The position numbers and the translations under genes were made by a program. A stretch of DNA of 64,000 nt, from contig CBDAOB010000004.1 of assembly GCA_965197905.1 (NCBI GenBank), forward strand, positions 32,001-96,000. The letters are read 5' to 3'. The DNA comes from Candidatus Latescibacterota bacterium (lineage in GTDB: Bacteria; Latescibacterota; UBA2968; UBA8231). Of the stretch, positions 49,375-60,475 are shown one piece after another (the first letter of the stretch is position 1; the number at the start of each line of letters is the position of its first letter). The notes under the pieces were generated by a model. It did not search any database and was not told where the DNA came from. It worked only from the letters and a program-made list of their open reading frames with translations.

Positions 49375-49543
49375 TTACACCCCTCTGATCCGCCCCTAGT
49401 AACTCGCTGGGCAGCAGTCTGCTCGGGTACGTCCGTCTTAACCGCGGCGGGATGCCCGCTAGAAGACCGCGGTCTTACACGCGCACTTCCGGCCCCGTGC
49501 CGTCCACGCCGCCGGTTGTTGCCAAGATCATTTGGAGATCGAC

Positions 49544-50800
49544 ATGAAGGCTGCAGTGTATCCGCTGTTGCTGATGATGGCTGCAGAAACGCTAGCGTCG
49601 GGGCCAGCGATGGACATGGATCGATTGATCGACGAGGCGCTCACCAACAACCGGGGGCTGCAGGCGCTGCGCTACGAAACCGAGGCGCAGGCGGCCCGGA
49701 TTCCGCCGGCGAGGGCACTTTCCGATCCAATCTTCAAGATCGAGCTAAGCAACGTGCCATTCAGCAACCTCGATTTCGAGAGCACCCCCATGAGCGGCAA
49801 GCAATTCATGCTGAGTCAACGGATTCCGTATTGGGGTAAACGAGCAACCCGAGCCGCGATCGAGGACCATGCTACGAAGGCGTCGCAGGCGGCCTTTGAA
49901 GATCACTCCGCAATCATTACTAACGAGGTCAAACAAACTTATTACGATCTCGCATTTCTCGACAGGGCGATCGCCATCACACAGAAGAATCGCAACCTGC
50001 TGAAAGATTTCGTCCGCATTGCCCAGGCCAAATACTCCGTCGGGACTGGGTTGCAGCAAGACGTGCTGAAAGCCCAGGTATCCCTGTCCGAGCTGCGGGA
50101 TCGACTGATTGTCCTGAGGCAAGAACGGCGACGCACGGAAGCCCGATTGAACGCCGTGCTCAACCGGATGACGCAGGCCCCTGTAGGCAGGCCGGAGATC
50201 GTCAAACAAACGCCGTATCCATATGACCTCGCTGAACTGCAGCAGATGGCGGTCGCGGGGTCGTCGCACCTACGAGGTCTGGAGCAGACGACCCGAAAGT
50301 GGCAAACCGCAGAACGCCTCGCGCGGCTGTCGCATCGACCCGACTTCAACCTGAATCTGGGATATCGCCAGCGGGACTTTACCGCCGATCCGGTAGAAGG
50401 AAGCGATTTTCTCACCGTCGGCGTCGCGATCAATCTTCCAATATATCGAGGGGGCAAGCAAGACCAGCAGGTCCGCGAGGCGCTTGCAACACGCAAGGCA
50501 TCCGAAGCTCGATACGACGCCGCCAAACGGCAGGTTTTCCTACGAATCGAACAGGCGCATATCGATATCCAAACCCACCGCGAGGAATCAGTCCTATACG
50601 AATCGTCGATCCTGCCTCAGGCGGAGCAAGCTCTTGCCGTCTCTGTCGCGGCGTACCAGGTGGGTAAGGTCGACTTCATGACCCTGCTCAACAGTCAGGT
50701 AACACTATTGAATTTCGAAATCAAACAGTACCACCATCTGACCGAAGGTGAGAAAGCACTGGCACGGATGGAGGTTGCGGTGGGCAAGCGCCTTTTCTGA
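49544..50800 (+). CDS. TolC-family outer-membrane factor (CusC-like)
   Basis: EALTNN, SQRIPYWGKR, GTGLQQDVLKAQV and AAYQVGKVDFMTLL. Confidence 0.9.
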   Translation: MKAAVYPLLLMMAAETLASGPAMDMDRLIDEALTNNRGLQALRYETEAQAARIPPARALSDPIFKIELSNVPFSNLDFESTPMSGKQFMLSQRIPYWGKRATRAAIEDHATKASQAAFEDHSAIITNEVKQTYYDLAFLDRAIAITQKNRNLLKDFVRIAQAKYSVGTGLQQDVLKAQVSLSELRDRLIVLRQERRRTEARLNAVLNRMTQAPVGRPEIVKQTPYPYDLAELQQMAVAGSSHLRGLEQTTRKWQTAERLARLSHRPDFNLNLGYRQRDFTADPVEGSDFLTVGVAINLPIYRGGKQDQQVREALATRKASEARYDAAKRQVFLRIEQAHIDIQTHREESVLYESSILPQAEQALAVSVAAYQVGKVDFMTLLNSQVTLLNFEIKQYHHLTEGEKALARMEVAVGKRLF

Positions 50801-50827
50801 CGCACAACAAAACGAGAGGGGTCCGCA

Positions 50828-52255
50828 ATGTACAAATCAGCCGCACTGACACTGATAATGCTCGCGGTGGGCACTCTTCTGGGCATCTGGCTAGCAGACA
50901 GCCAAGCACCGGAAGCTGCTGAGGAAGCCAACACGTTTCGCTGCCCCATGCATCCTACCGTGGTTTCCGATCGGCCCGGATCCTGTCCCGTCTGCGGCAT
51001 GGATCTCGTCGCGGATCAACCGGCTGGTAACCTGACGCCCATGGGCGAACGCAAAATCGCCCATTGGCGGGCACCCATGGACCCGAGCTATACCTCGGAA
51101 TCGCCAGGAAAGTCACCCATGGGGATGGATCTCATCCCGGTTTACGAAGATGAGCCTGAGATCAGAGGAATGGTTCAGATCGATCCGGTAACCGTGCAGA
51201 ATATGGGTGTCAAGACTTACTCCGCCGAGCGAAAGTTACTCACTCGAGAGATTCGAACCGTGGGCAGGGTGGACTACGACGAGACCCGGATGACAGACGT
51301 GAATACGAAGGTGGATGGCTGGGTCGAGCGCCTCTTTGTGGACCATACGGGCCAGTCGCTCAAGAAGGGTCAACCGCTCCTGGAGATATACAGCCCCGAG
51401 CTCGTAGCTGCCCAGGAAGAGTACCTCATCGCGTACGACTATCAACAGCGATTGGCGCGCAACCCCGACGACGAAGTGGTGCAAGGAGCCGAGGATCTGC
51501 TAACGGCGGCGGCCCAGAGACTGCACTATTGGGACATCACCGACCGGCAGATTACGGATCTGAGGCTAACCCGTGCAGCGAATCGAACCATGATCCTCTA
51601 CTCTCCCCAGCAGGGGATCGTGGTGCACAAAGCGGTTTTCGACGGCGCGTATATCAAATCGGGCCAACACCTGTATCGCATCGGAGATCTTTCGAAGGTC
51701 TGGGTATATGCCGACGTATACGAATACGAGTTTCCCTGGTTGCGCGTGGGCCAAGAAGCTGAAGTGGAGCTCTCCTACCTCCCCGGGCGGACATTCTACG
51801 GGAAGGTCACCCATGTGCATCCCTTCCTTGATTCTAAGACCCGTACGGTAAAGGTGCGGATAAGTTTTCCAAATCCGAATCTCGAGCTCAAGCCGGAGAT
51901 GTACGCCAATGTGCGTATAAAATCGATGGTGTCGCGGAAGGCGCTTGTAGTTCCGGCACAGGCAGTGATCCGCTCCGGCGAAAGGAATGTGCTGATCGTT
52001 GCCCTCGGCGAAGGCAGGTTTCAGCCACGGGATGTGAAGCTGGGTGTCGAAGCGGATGGGTTTCTGCAGATTCTCGATGGCCTGTCTGCTGGTGAGCAGG
52101 TCGTTTCTTCGGGACAGTTCTTGATCGACTCCGAAAGCAATCTGAAAGCGGCAATCAGTAGTCTTGGTGATGGCCGGGACCGCGAAGGTGCGCGGCCGGC
52201 CGTCGGCAACGGCGACCAGGTGGAGCGCGAATACGCCGAAGACGGGTCTCGTTAG
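50828..52255 (+). CDS. cusB: CusB-like RND periplasmic adaptor with heavy-metal-binding motifs
   Basis: CPMHP..CPVCGMDL, APMDP..PGKSPMGMDLIP, YSPELVAAQEEYL, LKPEMYA and FLIDSES. Confidence 0.92.
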   Translation: MYKSAALTLIMLAVGTLLGIWLADSQAPEAAEEANTFRCPMHPTVVSDRPGSCPVCGMDLVADQPAGNLTPMGERKIAHWRAPMDPSYTSESPGKSPMGMDLIPVYEDEPEIRGMVQIDPVTVQNMGVKTYSAERKLLTREIRTVGRVDYDETRMTDVNTKVDGWVERLFVDHTGQSLKKGQPLLEIYSPELVAAQEEYLIAYDYQQRLARNPDDEVVQGAEDLLTAAAQRLHYWDITDRQITDLRLTRAANRTMILYSPQQGIVVHKAVFDGAYIKSGQHLYRIGDLSKVWVYADVYEYEFPWLRVGQEAEVELSYLPGRTFYGKVTHVHPFLDSKTRTVKVRISFPNPNLELKPEMYANVRIKSMVSRKALVVPAQAVIRSGERNVLIVALGEGRFQPRDVKLGVEADGFLQILDGLSAGEQVVSSGQFLIDSESNLKAAISSLGDGRDREGARPAVGNGDQVEREYAEDGSR

Positions 52256-52264
52256 GAGGATCAG

Positions 52265-55200
52265 ATGTTGAACCGCATCATCGAGGCGTGTTTGAACAAC
52301 AGGTTCATGACGATCATCGTGGGGTGCCTGGTGATCGGGGCGGGCTTCTTCGCTGTCTACAACACCCCGCTCGACGCCATTCCAGATCTGTCCGACGTAC
52401 AGGTGATCGTTTTGACGGAATACCCGGGTCAAGCTCCTCAGGTCGTTGAGGATCAGGTGACCTATCCCTTGACGACCGCCATGTTAGGGGTCCCGTTCGC
52501 GAAAGCGGTGCGGGGGTATTCCTTCTTCGGTTTGTCATTTGTCTACATCATCTTCGAGGATGGGACAGACATCTACTGGGCCCGGAGCCGGGTACTGGAA
52601 TATTTAAATTTTGTTACCGACAGATTGCCGCCTGGAGTGGCTCCCAAGCTCGGCCCGGACGCTACCGGGGTCGGATGGGTCTTCGAGTACGTGCTCGAAG
52701 ATACCAGTGGCCGCCACGACTTGTCCGAGCTGCGATCCATCCAGGACTGGTACCTGCGTTACGAATTGACCAGCGTCCCGGGTGTCTCGGAGGTGGCGAG
52801 TATCGGTGGTTTCGTCAAGCAGTATCAAGTAACCGTAGACCCCAACAAGCTTGCGGTTTTTGACGTACCGCTAAACAAGGTGCGCACAGCAATTCAACGT
52901 GGAAACAACGATGTCGGTGGTCGCCTGGTGGAGATGGGGGAGACCGAGTTCATGGTACGCGGTCTGGGATACGTCCGGTCGTTGGAGGATCTGCGCAGTA
53001 TCGCCATCGGCGTCGATGCCAACGGTACACCGATTCGGCTGCGGGATATCGCTACGGTCCAGCTGGGTCCCGAATTGCGCCGAGGTCTGGCCGAATGGAA
53101 CGGCGAGGGGGAGATCGTAGGGGGGATCGTGGTCATGCGTTACGGCGAGAACGCCCTTGCCGTCATCGAGCGTGTGAAAGCACGGCTAGAACAGCTGAAG
53201 TCGGGGCTGCCGCCCGAAATCGAGATTCACACCGCATACGACCGCTCCGGTTTGATCCTACGGGCCGTGGACAACCTGCGGGAAAAACTGACGGAAGAGT
53301 GTATCGTGGTGGCTCTGGTTTGCACCCTCTTCCTGCTCCATTTCCGCAGTGCATTCGTGGCGATATTCACGCTTCCAGTGGGCATTCTCGTGTCGTTTGC
53401 CATCATGTATAACCAGGGCATCAACGCGAACATCATGTCCCTGGGGGGAATCGCCATCGCCATCGGGGCCATGGTCGACGCGGCCATCGTAATGGTTGAG
53501 AACGCCCATCGCCATATCGAGCGCGACGGCGGCCGCAAGGACCACTGGCAAATCATTGCCGATGCTTCCAAGGAAGTGGGACCGGCCCTTTTCTATTCGT
53601 TACTGATCATTACTCTGTCCTTCTTGCCCGTGTTCAGCCTCGAAGCACAAGAGGGCCGGCTGTTCAAACCTCTGGCTTTTACGAAAACCTACGCTATGGC
53701 GGCGTCCGCAATTCTCGCGATTACGATCGTGCCGGTGCTCATGGGATTTCTCGTCCGCGGTCGCATCATGCCGGCGAGGAAAAACCCTCTTTCACGAGCT
53801 GCCATCTTCCTCTACCGGCCGGCACTGAGGTGGGTGCTCAGGCATCGGATCCTAGTGGTGGCTCTGGGGGGCGCCGCAGTTCTGGTTGCGGTTTTTCCAT
53901 TCAACCGCCTAGTCGCTGAGAGGTTCTCCGACGAACCTCGAAGCATTACCTACCGCGGACTGGTGAAACTCGGTCGCCTCTTTCCAATGGAAAAGCTCGG
54001 TTCCGAGTTCATGCCCCCACTCTATGAGGGTGACTTGCTGTACATGCCCACCACCCTGCCGGGCGTGTCCGTAACCAAAGCGCGTGAGCTGCTGCAGCAG
54101 ACCGACAAGATCATTCGCACCTTCCCCGAGGTACATCACGTTTTCGGCAAGATCGGTCGCGCTGAAACCGCGACCGATCCAGCGCCAATGTCGATGATTG
54201 AAACAACGATCACGCTCAAACCAGAGACCGAATGGCGCCCGGGCATGACCCCCGAAAAGCTGGTGGACGAACTCAACCAGGCGGTCAAGTTCCCCGGTCT
54301 GACCAACGCGTGGACCATGCCGATCAAAACTCGAATAGACATGTTATCCACGGGCATCAAGACGCCGGTGGGCATCAAAGTAGCCGGCGACGATCTGGAG
54401 ACCCTTCAGCGTATCGGTCAACAGATTGAAGAGGTCGTGCGCCGCATCCCCGGCACCTCAAGCGCTTACGCCGAACGGGTGGCCGGGGGCAATTACCTAG
54501 ATTTCGAGATCCGGCGGGAGGAAGCGGCGCGCTACGGCCTCAGCATCGGAGACATTCAGGATGTCATCATGTCCGCCATGGGAGGCATGAATATCACCCA
54601 CACCGTTGAGGGGCGTGAGCGGTACCCAGTTAATCTGCGCTACGGTCGTGAACTGCGAGACAATCTGCCTGCTCTGCGTCGGGTTCTCGTGCCCGCACCT
54701 ACCGGCGCGTCGATCCCCCTTGAACAGTTGGCCGAGATACGCATTAGCAAGGGTCCGCCCGGAATCAAAAGCGAGAATGCCCGGCTTAACGCCTGGATCT
54801 ATGTCGATATCAAAGATGTCGATGTGGGCACCTACGTGGACCGCGCGCAGCAGCTGGTTGCGGAGCAAGTCGAGCTCCCCGCGGGGTACAGTCTCGTCTG
54901 GAGCGGTCAATTCGAGTACATGCAACGTGCGGAGCAGCGCCTGCGCATCGTCGTGCCCGTCACTCTCTGCATCATTTTCTTGTTGTTGTTTCTGAATTTC
55001 CGCAACGTCGCCGAGTGCCTGATCGTTATGGCGTCCCTGCCCTTCGCCTTGGTGGGAGGCATCTGGCTGATGTATCTGCTGGACTACAACATGAGCGTCG
55101 CAGTGGGTGTCGGATTCATCGCGCTGGCGGGTGTCAGTGCCGAGATCGGAGTTGTAATGCTCACCTATTTGGACCAGGCGTACCAGGCGCGCAGGCAGGA

Positions 55201-55459
55201 GGGCGCATCGCTTTCTCGCGGCGACCTGCAGGAGGCAATCATCGAGGGAGCATCGCTTCGCGTGCGTCCCGTCTTGATGACCGTTGGGTCAACCTTTTTC
55301 GGGCTGTTGCCCATCATGTGGGGCCACGGCACCGGATCGGAGGTGATGCAGCGAATAGCAGCGCCCATGGTGGGCGGATTGGCCACCTCCTTGATCCTGG
55401 CCCTCTTCTGCATCCCGGCGATCTACAGCCTCTGGAGAGAATGGGACCTGGAGAAATGA
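52265..55459 (+). CDS. cusA: CusA/SilA Cu(I)/Ag(I) RND efflux permease
   Basis: DAIPDLSDVQVI, GPDATGVGW, AMVDAAIVMVEN, EFMPPL and DPAPMSMIET. Confidence 0.96.
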   Translation: MLNRIIEACLNNRFMTIIVGCLVIGAGFFAVYNTPLDAIPDLSDVQVIVLTEYPGQAPQVVEDQVTYPLTTAMLGVPFAKAVRGYSFFGLSFVYIIFEDGTDIYWARSRVLEYLNFVTDRLPPGVAPKLGPDATGVGWVFEYVLEDTSGRHDLSELRSIQDWYLRYELTSVPGVSEVASIGGFVKQYQVTVDPNKLAVFDVPLNKVRTAIQRGNNDVGGRLVEMGETEFMVRGLGYVRSLEDLRSIAIGVDANGTPIRLRDIATVQLGPELRRGLAEWNGEGEIVGGIVVMRYGENALAVIERVKARLEQLKSGLPPEIEIHTAYDRSGLILRAVDNLREKLTEECIVVALVCTLFLLHFRSAFVAIFTLPVGILVSFAIMYNQGINANIMSLGGIAIAIGAMVDAAIVMVENAHRHIERDGGRKDHWQIIADASKEVGPALFYSLLIITLSFLPVFSLEAQEGRLFKPLAFTKTYAMAASAILAITIVPVLMGFLVRGRIMPARKNPLSRAAIFLYRPALRWVLRHRILVVALGGAAVLVAVFPFNRLVAERFSDEPRSITYRGLVKLGRLFPMEKLGSEFMPPLYEGDLLYMPTTLPGVSVTKARELLQQTDKIIRTFPEVHHVFGKIGRAETATDPAPMSMIETTITLKPETEWRPGMTPEKLVDELNQAVKFPGLTNAWTMPIKTRIDMLSTGIKTPVGIKVAGDDLETLQRIGQQIEEVVRRIPGTSSAYAERVAGGNYLDFEIRREEAARYGLSIGDIQDVIMSAMGGMNITHTVEGRERYPVNLRYGRELRDNLPALRRVLVPAPTGASIPLEQLAEIRISKGPPGIKSENARLNAWIYVDIKDVDVGTYVDRAQQLVAEQVELPAGYSLVWSGQFEYMQRAEQRLRIVVPVTLCIIFLLLFLNFRNVAECLIVMASLPFALVGGIWLMYLLDYNMSVAVGVGFIALAGVSAEIGVVMLTYLDQAYQARRQEGASLSRGDLQEAIIEGASLRVRPVLMTVGSTFFGLLPIMWGHGTGSEVMQRIAAPMVGGLATSLILALFCIPAIYSLWREWDLEK

Positions 55460-55630
55460 TACGTGTAGGTATGCGTTTAGCCCCTATTATCGCTGTGGCA
55501 CCGTTTCATCTCCTCAATATGGTTGATCAGGACAGGCATTGCATCGACATTCTAATTCAGGTTAGCGCCGCGCTTACCAACTGATCATCGTGAAATGGGC
55601 AACCCGTTTCCTTATCGGCAGCAAGATCCA

Positions 55631-57892
55631 ATGAACGAAAAGCCTCCAACTGAAGAGCTAGCGACCCGGGAAGTTACCCTGGGCATCGAAGGCATGAACT
55701 GTGCCGCGTGCGCTAGCCGAGTAGAAAAACAGCTGGCTGGGGTTACCGGGGTGGAGCTGGCTGCGGTCAATCTCGGCACCGAAGCCGCCCACGTGGAATA
55801 CGACAGTGATCTGGCGGACATCCATCAGCTCAAGCAGGCGGTGGTGGACGCCGGTTACGCAGTCCGTGAAGACGCTGACAACGGAAAAGAGCGCCGGGAG
55901 CGAAAGCTGGCCGATATCAGGGGGCAACGGAGAACGATGGTGGCTGCCTTGGTTTTCTGGCTGCCTCTGTTTGCGCTGGAGATGAGTGGGATGGCCGGCA
56001 TCCGCCCGCCCGAATTTCTGTCATTCGAACAGCATCCGTCGCGAATCGGAATTCTGCATCTGGCCTTCGTTCTGCCAGTGCTCTGGATTGGTCGGCACAT
56101 CTACCGCGATGGTGTGCGCGCCCTGTGGCACGGGGGCCCCAACATGTTCACCCTCATCGCCCTTGGAACGACCGCTGCCTTTTTCTTCAGCGCGTGGGGC
56201 CTGACGAGGGTACTCTGGTTCGAGGCTTCTACGTTTCACACCTATTTCGCCGCGGTATCGACCATTGTCGCCCTCATGTTGCTTGGCCGTTACCTGGAAG
56301 CCAGGTCCAAGGACAGGGCCGGCGAAGCCATACGGGCTTTGATGGATCTTCAACCGCCCACAGCGGCATGGGTAACCGACGCCGGCGAGCAGCAAATTCC
56401 GATCTCCGAGGTTGCCGTCGGACAGGTTCTTCGCGTGCGTCCGGGTACAACCCTGCCCACTGATGGGGAGGTGGTCAGCGGAGTATCCGACGTTGATGAA
56501 TCGATGTTGACCGGCGAATCGATGCCGGTGCCGAAGACCGTTGGAGACCGAGTTGTCGGCGGTAGCATGAATGGACAGGGCATGATCGATGTGCGCGCTA
56601 CTCGTGTGGGACGCGACACGGTGTTGGCGCGCATCGTCAGAGTTGTTGAGGAAGCCCAGCAGGGCAGAGCACCGATAGCGCGTCTCGCGGATAGGGTGGC
56701 GGGGTACTTCGTACCCGTGGTAATCGGCATCGCGTTTGTCGCTGCCGGCTCCTGGCTGTTGGTGGGGGAGCCGTTGCCATTCGCGCTACAGGTTTTCGTG
56801 ACCATCTTGATCATAGCCTGCCCATGCAGTCTCGGTTTGGCAACGCCGGCAGCTATTATGGTGGGAACAGGCCGGGGCGCTCAGCTAGGTATCCTGGTAC
56901 GGAGTCCGGAAGCATTGGAACAAACACATCGTCTCGATACTATCGTGCTGGACAAGACCGGCACCATAACCAAAGGTAAGCCATCAGTGTCCGGGATAGA
57001 GGTTCTGGGACCGTGGTCCGAAACCGAGCTGTTGTCGTTGTGCGCCGCTGTGGAGCAGGCTTCCGAGCACATCGTTGCCTCGGCTATTGTCGATCGGGCG
57101 CGGGCTGCGGCAGTTCAATTGGAATCCGCTCTCGATTTCGAGGCGATCCCGGGTGTGGGAGCAAGGGCGCGTGTGGGTGAGCGCGTCGTTGCAGTGGGCA
57201 ATCGCAAGATGGTTGAAGACGTTGGCGGGAAGGAGCCGTACGCTGCCGCGGCGGACAGGCTGGCGGCGCAGGGGTCGACGGTCGTTTGGGTGGCTGTGGA
57301 CAACCTGGTCGCCGGGTTGATCGCCATCGCCGATATCCCCCGCGACGAGAGCACCTCCGATATAGCGACGCTGCGCAACGACGGGCTGCACGTGGTCATG
57401 CTGACAGGCGACCATGCAGCCGCAGCCCACGCCGTGGCCAAACAGGTGGGTATCGACGACGTGCGCGCAGAGGTACTGCCAGAGGACAAAGCAGACGTGG
57501 TCGAATCGCTGCGGCAGCAGGGGCGACGTGTGGGCATGGTGGGCGATGGTATCAACGATGCCCCCGCCCTGGCAAAGGCAGACGTGGGTATCGCTATTGG
57601 CGGTGGAACCGATGTGGCGCTGGAGGCAGCCGATATCGTTCTGCAAAACAACCGCCTCGCCGACGTGCGCCGTGCCATAGAGCTGAGCCGGGCGGTGTTG
57701 CGCACGATCAAACAGAATTTGTTCTGGGCGTTTTTCTACAATGTGATCGGAATTCCCGTGGCGGGTGGGGTTTTGTATATATTCGGGGGGCCGTTGCTCA
57801 ACCCGATGTTGGCCAGCGCCGCGATGGCTTTCAGCTCAGTTTCCGTGCTTGCCAATGCCCTGCGTTTGAAACGGTTCGCGCGAGATGGGTGA
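55631..57892 (+). CDS. copA: Cu(I)-translocating P1B-type ATPase
   Basis: [41 protein letters not shown] and MAFSS. Confidence 0.95.
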   Translation: MNEKPPTEELATREVTLGIEGMNCAACASRVEKQLAGVTGVELAAVNLGTEAAHVEYDSDLADIHQLKQAVVDAGYAVREDADNGKERRERKLADIRGQRRTMVAALVFWLPLFALEMSGMAGIRPPEFLSFEQHPSRIGILHLAFVLPVLWIGRHIYRDGVRALWHGGPNMFTLIALGTTAAFFFSAWGLTRVLWFEASTFHTYFAAVSTIVALMLLGRYLEARSKDRAGEAIRALMDLQPPTAAWVTDAGEQQIPISEVAVGQVLRVRPGTTLPTDGEVVSGVSDVDESMLTGESMPVPKTVGDRVVGGSMNGQGMIDVRATRVGRDTVLARIVRVVEEAQQGRAPIARLADRVAGYFVPVVIGIAFVAAGSWLLVGEPLPFALQVFVTILIIACPCSLGLATPAAIMVGTGRGAQLGILVRSPEALEQTHRLDTIVLDKTGTITKGKPSVSGIEVLGPWSETELLSLCAAVEQASEHIVASAIVDRARAAAVQLESALDFEAIPGVGARARVGERVVAVGNRKMVEDVGGKEPYAAAADRLAAQGSTVVWVAVDNLVAGLIAIADIPRDESTSDIATLRNDGLHVVMLTGDHAAAAHAVAKQVGIDDVRAEVLPEDKADVVESLRQQGRRVGMVGDGINDAPALAKADVGIAIGGGTDVALEAADIVLQNNRLADVRRAIELSRAVLRTIKQNLFWAFFYNVIGIPVAGGVLYIFGGPLLNPMLASAAMAFSSVSVLANALRLKRFARDG

Positions 57893-57956
57893 TTCGTACC
57901 TGCGGTAACGGGAAGGGGTGCGTTGAATCGAAAGGGGGGACTGACGTGCTGCGGGC

Positions 57957-58706
57957 TCAGCGAGCTTCGAGTTTGACCATACCCCAGGACAGGTCGTCCA
58001 CGGCTGTAAGATCGAAAACGATCGTCAACACCGGGCGGTTTGCTACGCTCTGGTGTTCGCGGCTATCGAACCGCTTGGCGGTGGCGCCGCCCGACTCATT
58101 GCCGATCAGTATCCAGCCGAAGTTGGTTGAAGGAGCGTCCAGCCAGCCCTGAACATCGTCAATCATATCCGCGGTAGACGTCCATGTGTAGTTGCCGACG
58201 CCGCCCACGCCCAGGTCGGCACTCGCGATGGATGCAAAGTCTCCACCTGGGTTTTCCCACATGGTGTCCGAGGAAAAGGAATGAATCCAGGTAGCGTCGC
58301 CACGAGTAGCGGGAGCGCCGCGACCTTCTTCTCCGCCAAGTGAATCGCCCTCTCCCCAGTCCGTCAGTAGCCTGTGCAGGTGCACATTTTCGGTGCCGGC
58401 TTGGCTGTTGGACACGTTCATCGTCAAGCTGACCCTCTCTATGGTGGATCCGTCCGGTATGCTTCCCGCGATGTCGAAGAAGACCAGGGCACGCTGAGAG
58501 AGACCGTTGCTTCTCCCCACAAATAGAAAGTCCCCGGAGCCATTGCTCTCGGCCCCATCTGGGTGTTCGTAGAGGGAATTATCCCGATCGGCGGTAAGGG
58601 TGCCCTCGACGGCGACAGTGGGCAACGGGAGCAGAAGCAGGAAACCCAGACAGAGCTGCAGGTGCCGAGGAGATGAAATCAAGATTTGCGAGGGTTTTGG
58701 CGGCAT
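57957..58706 (-). CDS. Secreted DNRLRE-domain (CBM96-like) protein
   Basis: DNSLYE, RALVFFDI, DWGEG, DVQGWLD..NFGWIL and FDSRE..RPVLTI. Confidence 0.75.
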   Translation of the reverse strand: MPPKPSQILISSPRHLQLCLGFLLLLPLPTVAVEGTLTADRDNSLYEHPDGAESNGSGDFLFVGRSNGLSQRALVFFDIAGSIPDGSTIERVSLTMNVSNSQAGTENVHLHRLLTDWGEGDSLGGEEGRGAPATRGDATWIHSFSSDTMWENPGGDFASIASADLGVGGVGNYTWTSTADMIDDVQGWLDAPSTNFGWILIGNESGGATAKRFDSREHQSVANRPVLTIVFDLTAVDDLSWGMVKLEAR

Positions 58707-58817
58707 TACGGAAACCGGTGTAACTAGCTAACAATATTATATATATACTATACAGGATGCTGGCATTTCGCACAAATTTTTTCTTATTCCCAGAGTGGCT
58801 CAAATTCCCATTTTTCC

Positions 58818-59306
58818 GTGGAGCGAACCTCTATGCGTGACGTGGAAAACCCGGAGCATGGATCCGAGCAGCTCAAATCTCGGCGGCTCGTCAATCGCCT
58901 CTTGGGTGTAGGGTTGGTTTCGTCAATGACCGGATTTATGGGCACCGCCCTGGGTTATCTATGGCCGGCGGCGTATCAGAACGCGTCTACCATGGTCCAG
59001 GGCATGGATGGTCCCATCGATCCCGATCGAATCGGCGAGAATGAAGGGGTCGTTGGTCGCAGCGTGGCGGGCAAGGTCCTGCTGGTGCGCAAGAACGGCG
59101 AGCTCATCGCATTGCAGGCAAGCTGTACCCATCTGGGGTGTACCGTTGCATGGAACGGTGCGACCGGGCGCGTGGAGTGTCCCTGCCACGGGGCTCGGTA
59201 TGACCTCAGCGGTCAGGTGCTAAGAGGCCCCGCCAGAGACCCTTTGGCGCGACTACAGCTGACAACACAGCAGCAGGGGATTCACGTCGTACCGACGGCT
59301 TCCTAG
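58818..59306 (+). CDS. Rieske 2Fe-2S subunit of a Rieske/cytochrome b complex
   Basis: CTHLGC, CPCHGARYD and GPA; SRR plus TM anchor. Confidence 0.93.
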   Translation: MERTSMRDVENPEHGSEQLKSRRLVNRLLGVGLVSSMTGFMGTALGYLWPAAYQNASTMVQGMDGPIDPDRIGENEGVVGRSVAGKVLLVRKNGELIALQASCTHLGCTVAWNGATGRVECPCHGARYDLSGQVLRGPARDPLARLQLTTQQQGIHVVPTAS

Positions 59307-59311
59307 CGCAA

Positions 59312-60475
59312 ATGGGAAAATTCATACTCAACTGGTTTTCCGAGCGGTTGGACCTCGCCCCCGCCTTCAAGCTTCTGGGGGAGAATCTGCGCAAGCCGGT
59401 TCCTACCCACGTCAACTGGCTCTTCACCCTTGGTGCTTCGATAGCGTGCCTGCTGGGACTGCAGATCTTCAGCGGCCTGCTGCTGATGGTTCACTACAAG
59501 CCAAGTGCTCGGGAAGCGTACGCCAGCATCGAGTTTATCATGGATCACGTGACCCTGGGATGGTTTGTGCGCGGGCTGCACAACTGGGGCGCCCATTTGA
59601 TCATGATTCTACTGTTGCTCCACATGATCAGGGTTTTCGTATACGGCGGGTACAAACGCCCTCGCGAGGTGACCTGGGTAATCGGCGTCTTGCTCTTCAC
59701 CGTCGTCGCTGGATTCGGATTTACGGGATACCTCCTCCCCTGGGATCAGATGGCTTACTGGGCCACGGTCGTCGCCACCGAAGCGCCTGCGACCCTTCCG
59801 CTTGCCGGCCCGCTCGTCAAGGAATTCATGGTGGGCGGTGTCGAGGTGGCCGACGGAACCATCGGCAGGTTCTACGTTCTGCACGTTTTTGTTCTGCCGC
59901 TGGCGCTGGTCGGTCTAGTGGGTTTGCACCTCTTTCTCATACGGTATCAGGGGGTTTCCTCGCTGCGGCGCACCGACGTTCCCGAGCCTGGGTCGCGGGA
60001 GCTCGGCGCTGCCGGGGGCAAGCCGTTCTGGCCCTATCACGTGCTCAAGGATCTTACCTCCTGCTACATCATCATCGCCGTCCTGGTGACCCTGGCACTG
60101 TTGTTTCCACCGCACCTGGGAGACCCAGCAAACCCGTTTCTCACACCGATCGGCATTAAACCCGAGTGGTACTTTCTGCCGGCTTATCAACTGCTGAAGT
60201 ACGTTCCCGAAGCGGTTGGCGTGCAGGTGCCGCCCTTGTTTCTGATTCTTCTTCTGCTACTCCCGTTCGTCATCGATCGCTCTCCCGAACGGCACCCACG
60301 GCAGCGCCTCCGAGTCATCACCGGTGGCGTGCTTGTCTTTGGACTGGTCGTTCTGCTTGGAGTTCTCGGTCATCTCTCCGAAACCAAACGCACGATTCTC
60401 GGCACGACCTTTCAGTTTGATATCCGCGGTTTCCCGCAACCGGCAGAGGTGGACTCATCGAAGGAGCATCCGTGA
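59312..60475 (+). CDS. Cytochrome b (unsplit)
   Basis: RGLHNWGAH, LHMIRVF, TGYLLPWDQMAYWA, HVFVLP..LHL and PEWY. Confidence 0.95.
   Translation: MGKFILNWFSERLDLAPAFKLLGENLRKPVPTHVNWLFTLGASIACLLGLQIFSGLLLMVHYKPSAREAYASIEFIMDHVTLGWFVRGLHNWGAHLIMILLLLHMIRVFVYGGYKRPREVTWVIGVLLFTVVAGFGFTGYLLPWDQMAYWATVVATEAPATLPLAGPLVKEFMVGGVEVADGTIGRFYVLHVFVLPLALVGLVGLHLFLIRYQGVSSLRRTDVPEPGSRELGAAGGKPFWPYHVLKDLTSCYIIIAVLVTLALLFPPHLGDPANPFLTPIGIKPEWYFLPAYQLLKYVPEAVGVQVPPLFLILLLLLPFVIDRSPERHPRQRLRVITGGVLVFGLVVLLGVLGHLSETKRTILGTTFQFDIRGFPQPAEVDSSKEHP

Noticed and set aside
49375..49540. Riboswitch upstream of the cusC-like gene
   Set aside because: Hairpins are possible, but I recognise no riboswitch consensus.
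59400..59470. Heme ci-binding Cys of b6-type cytochromes
   Set aside because: The equivalent position reads FTLG rather than YCLG; the nearby Cys is in a different register.
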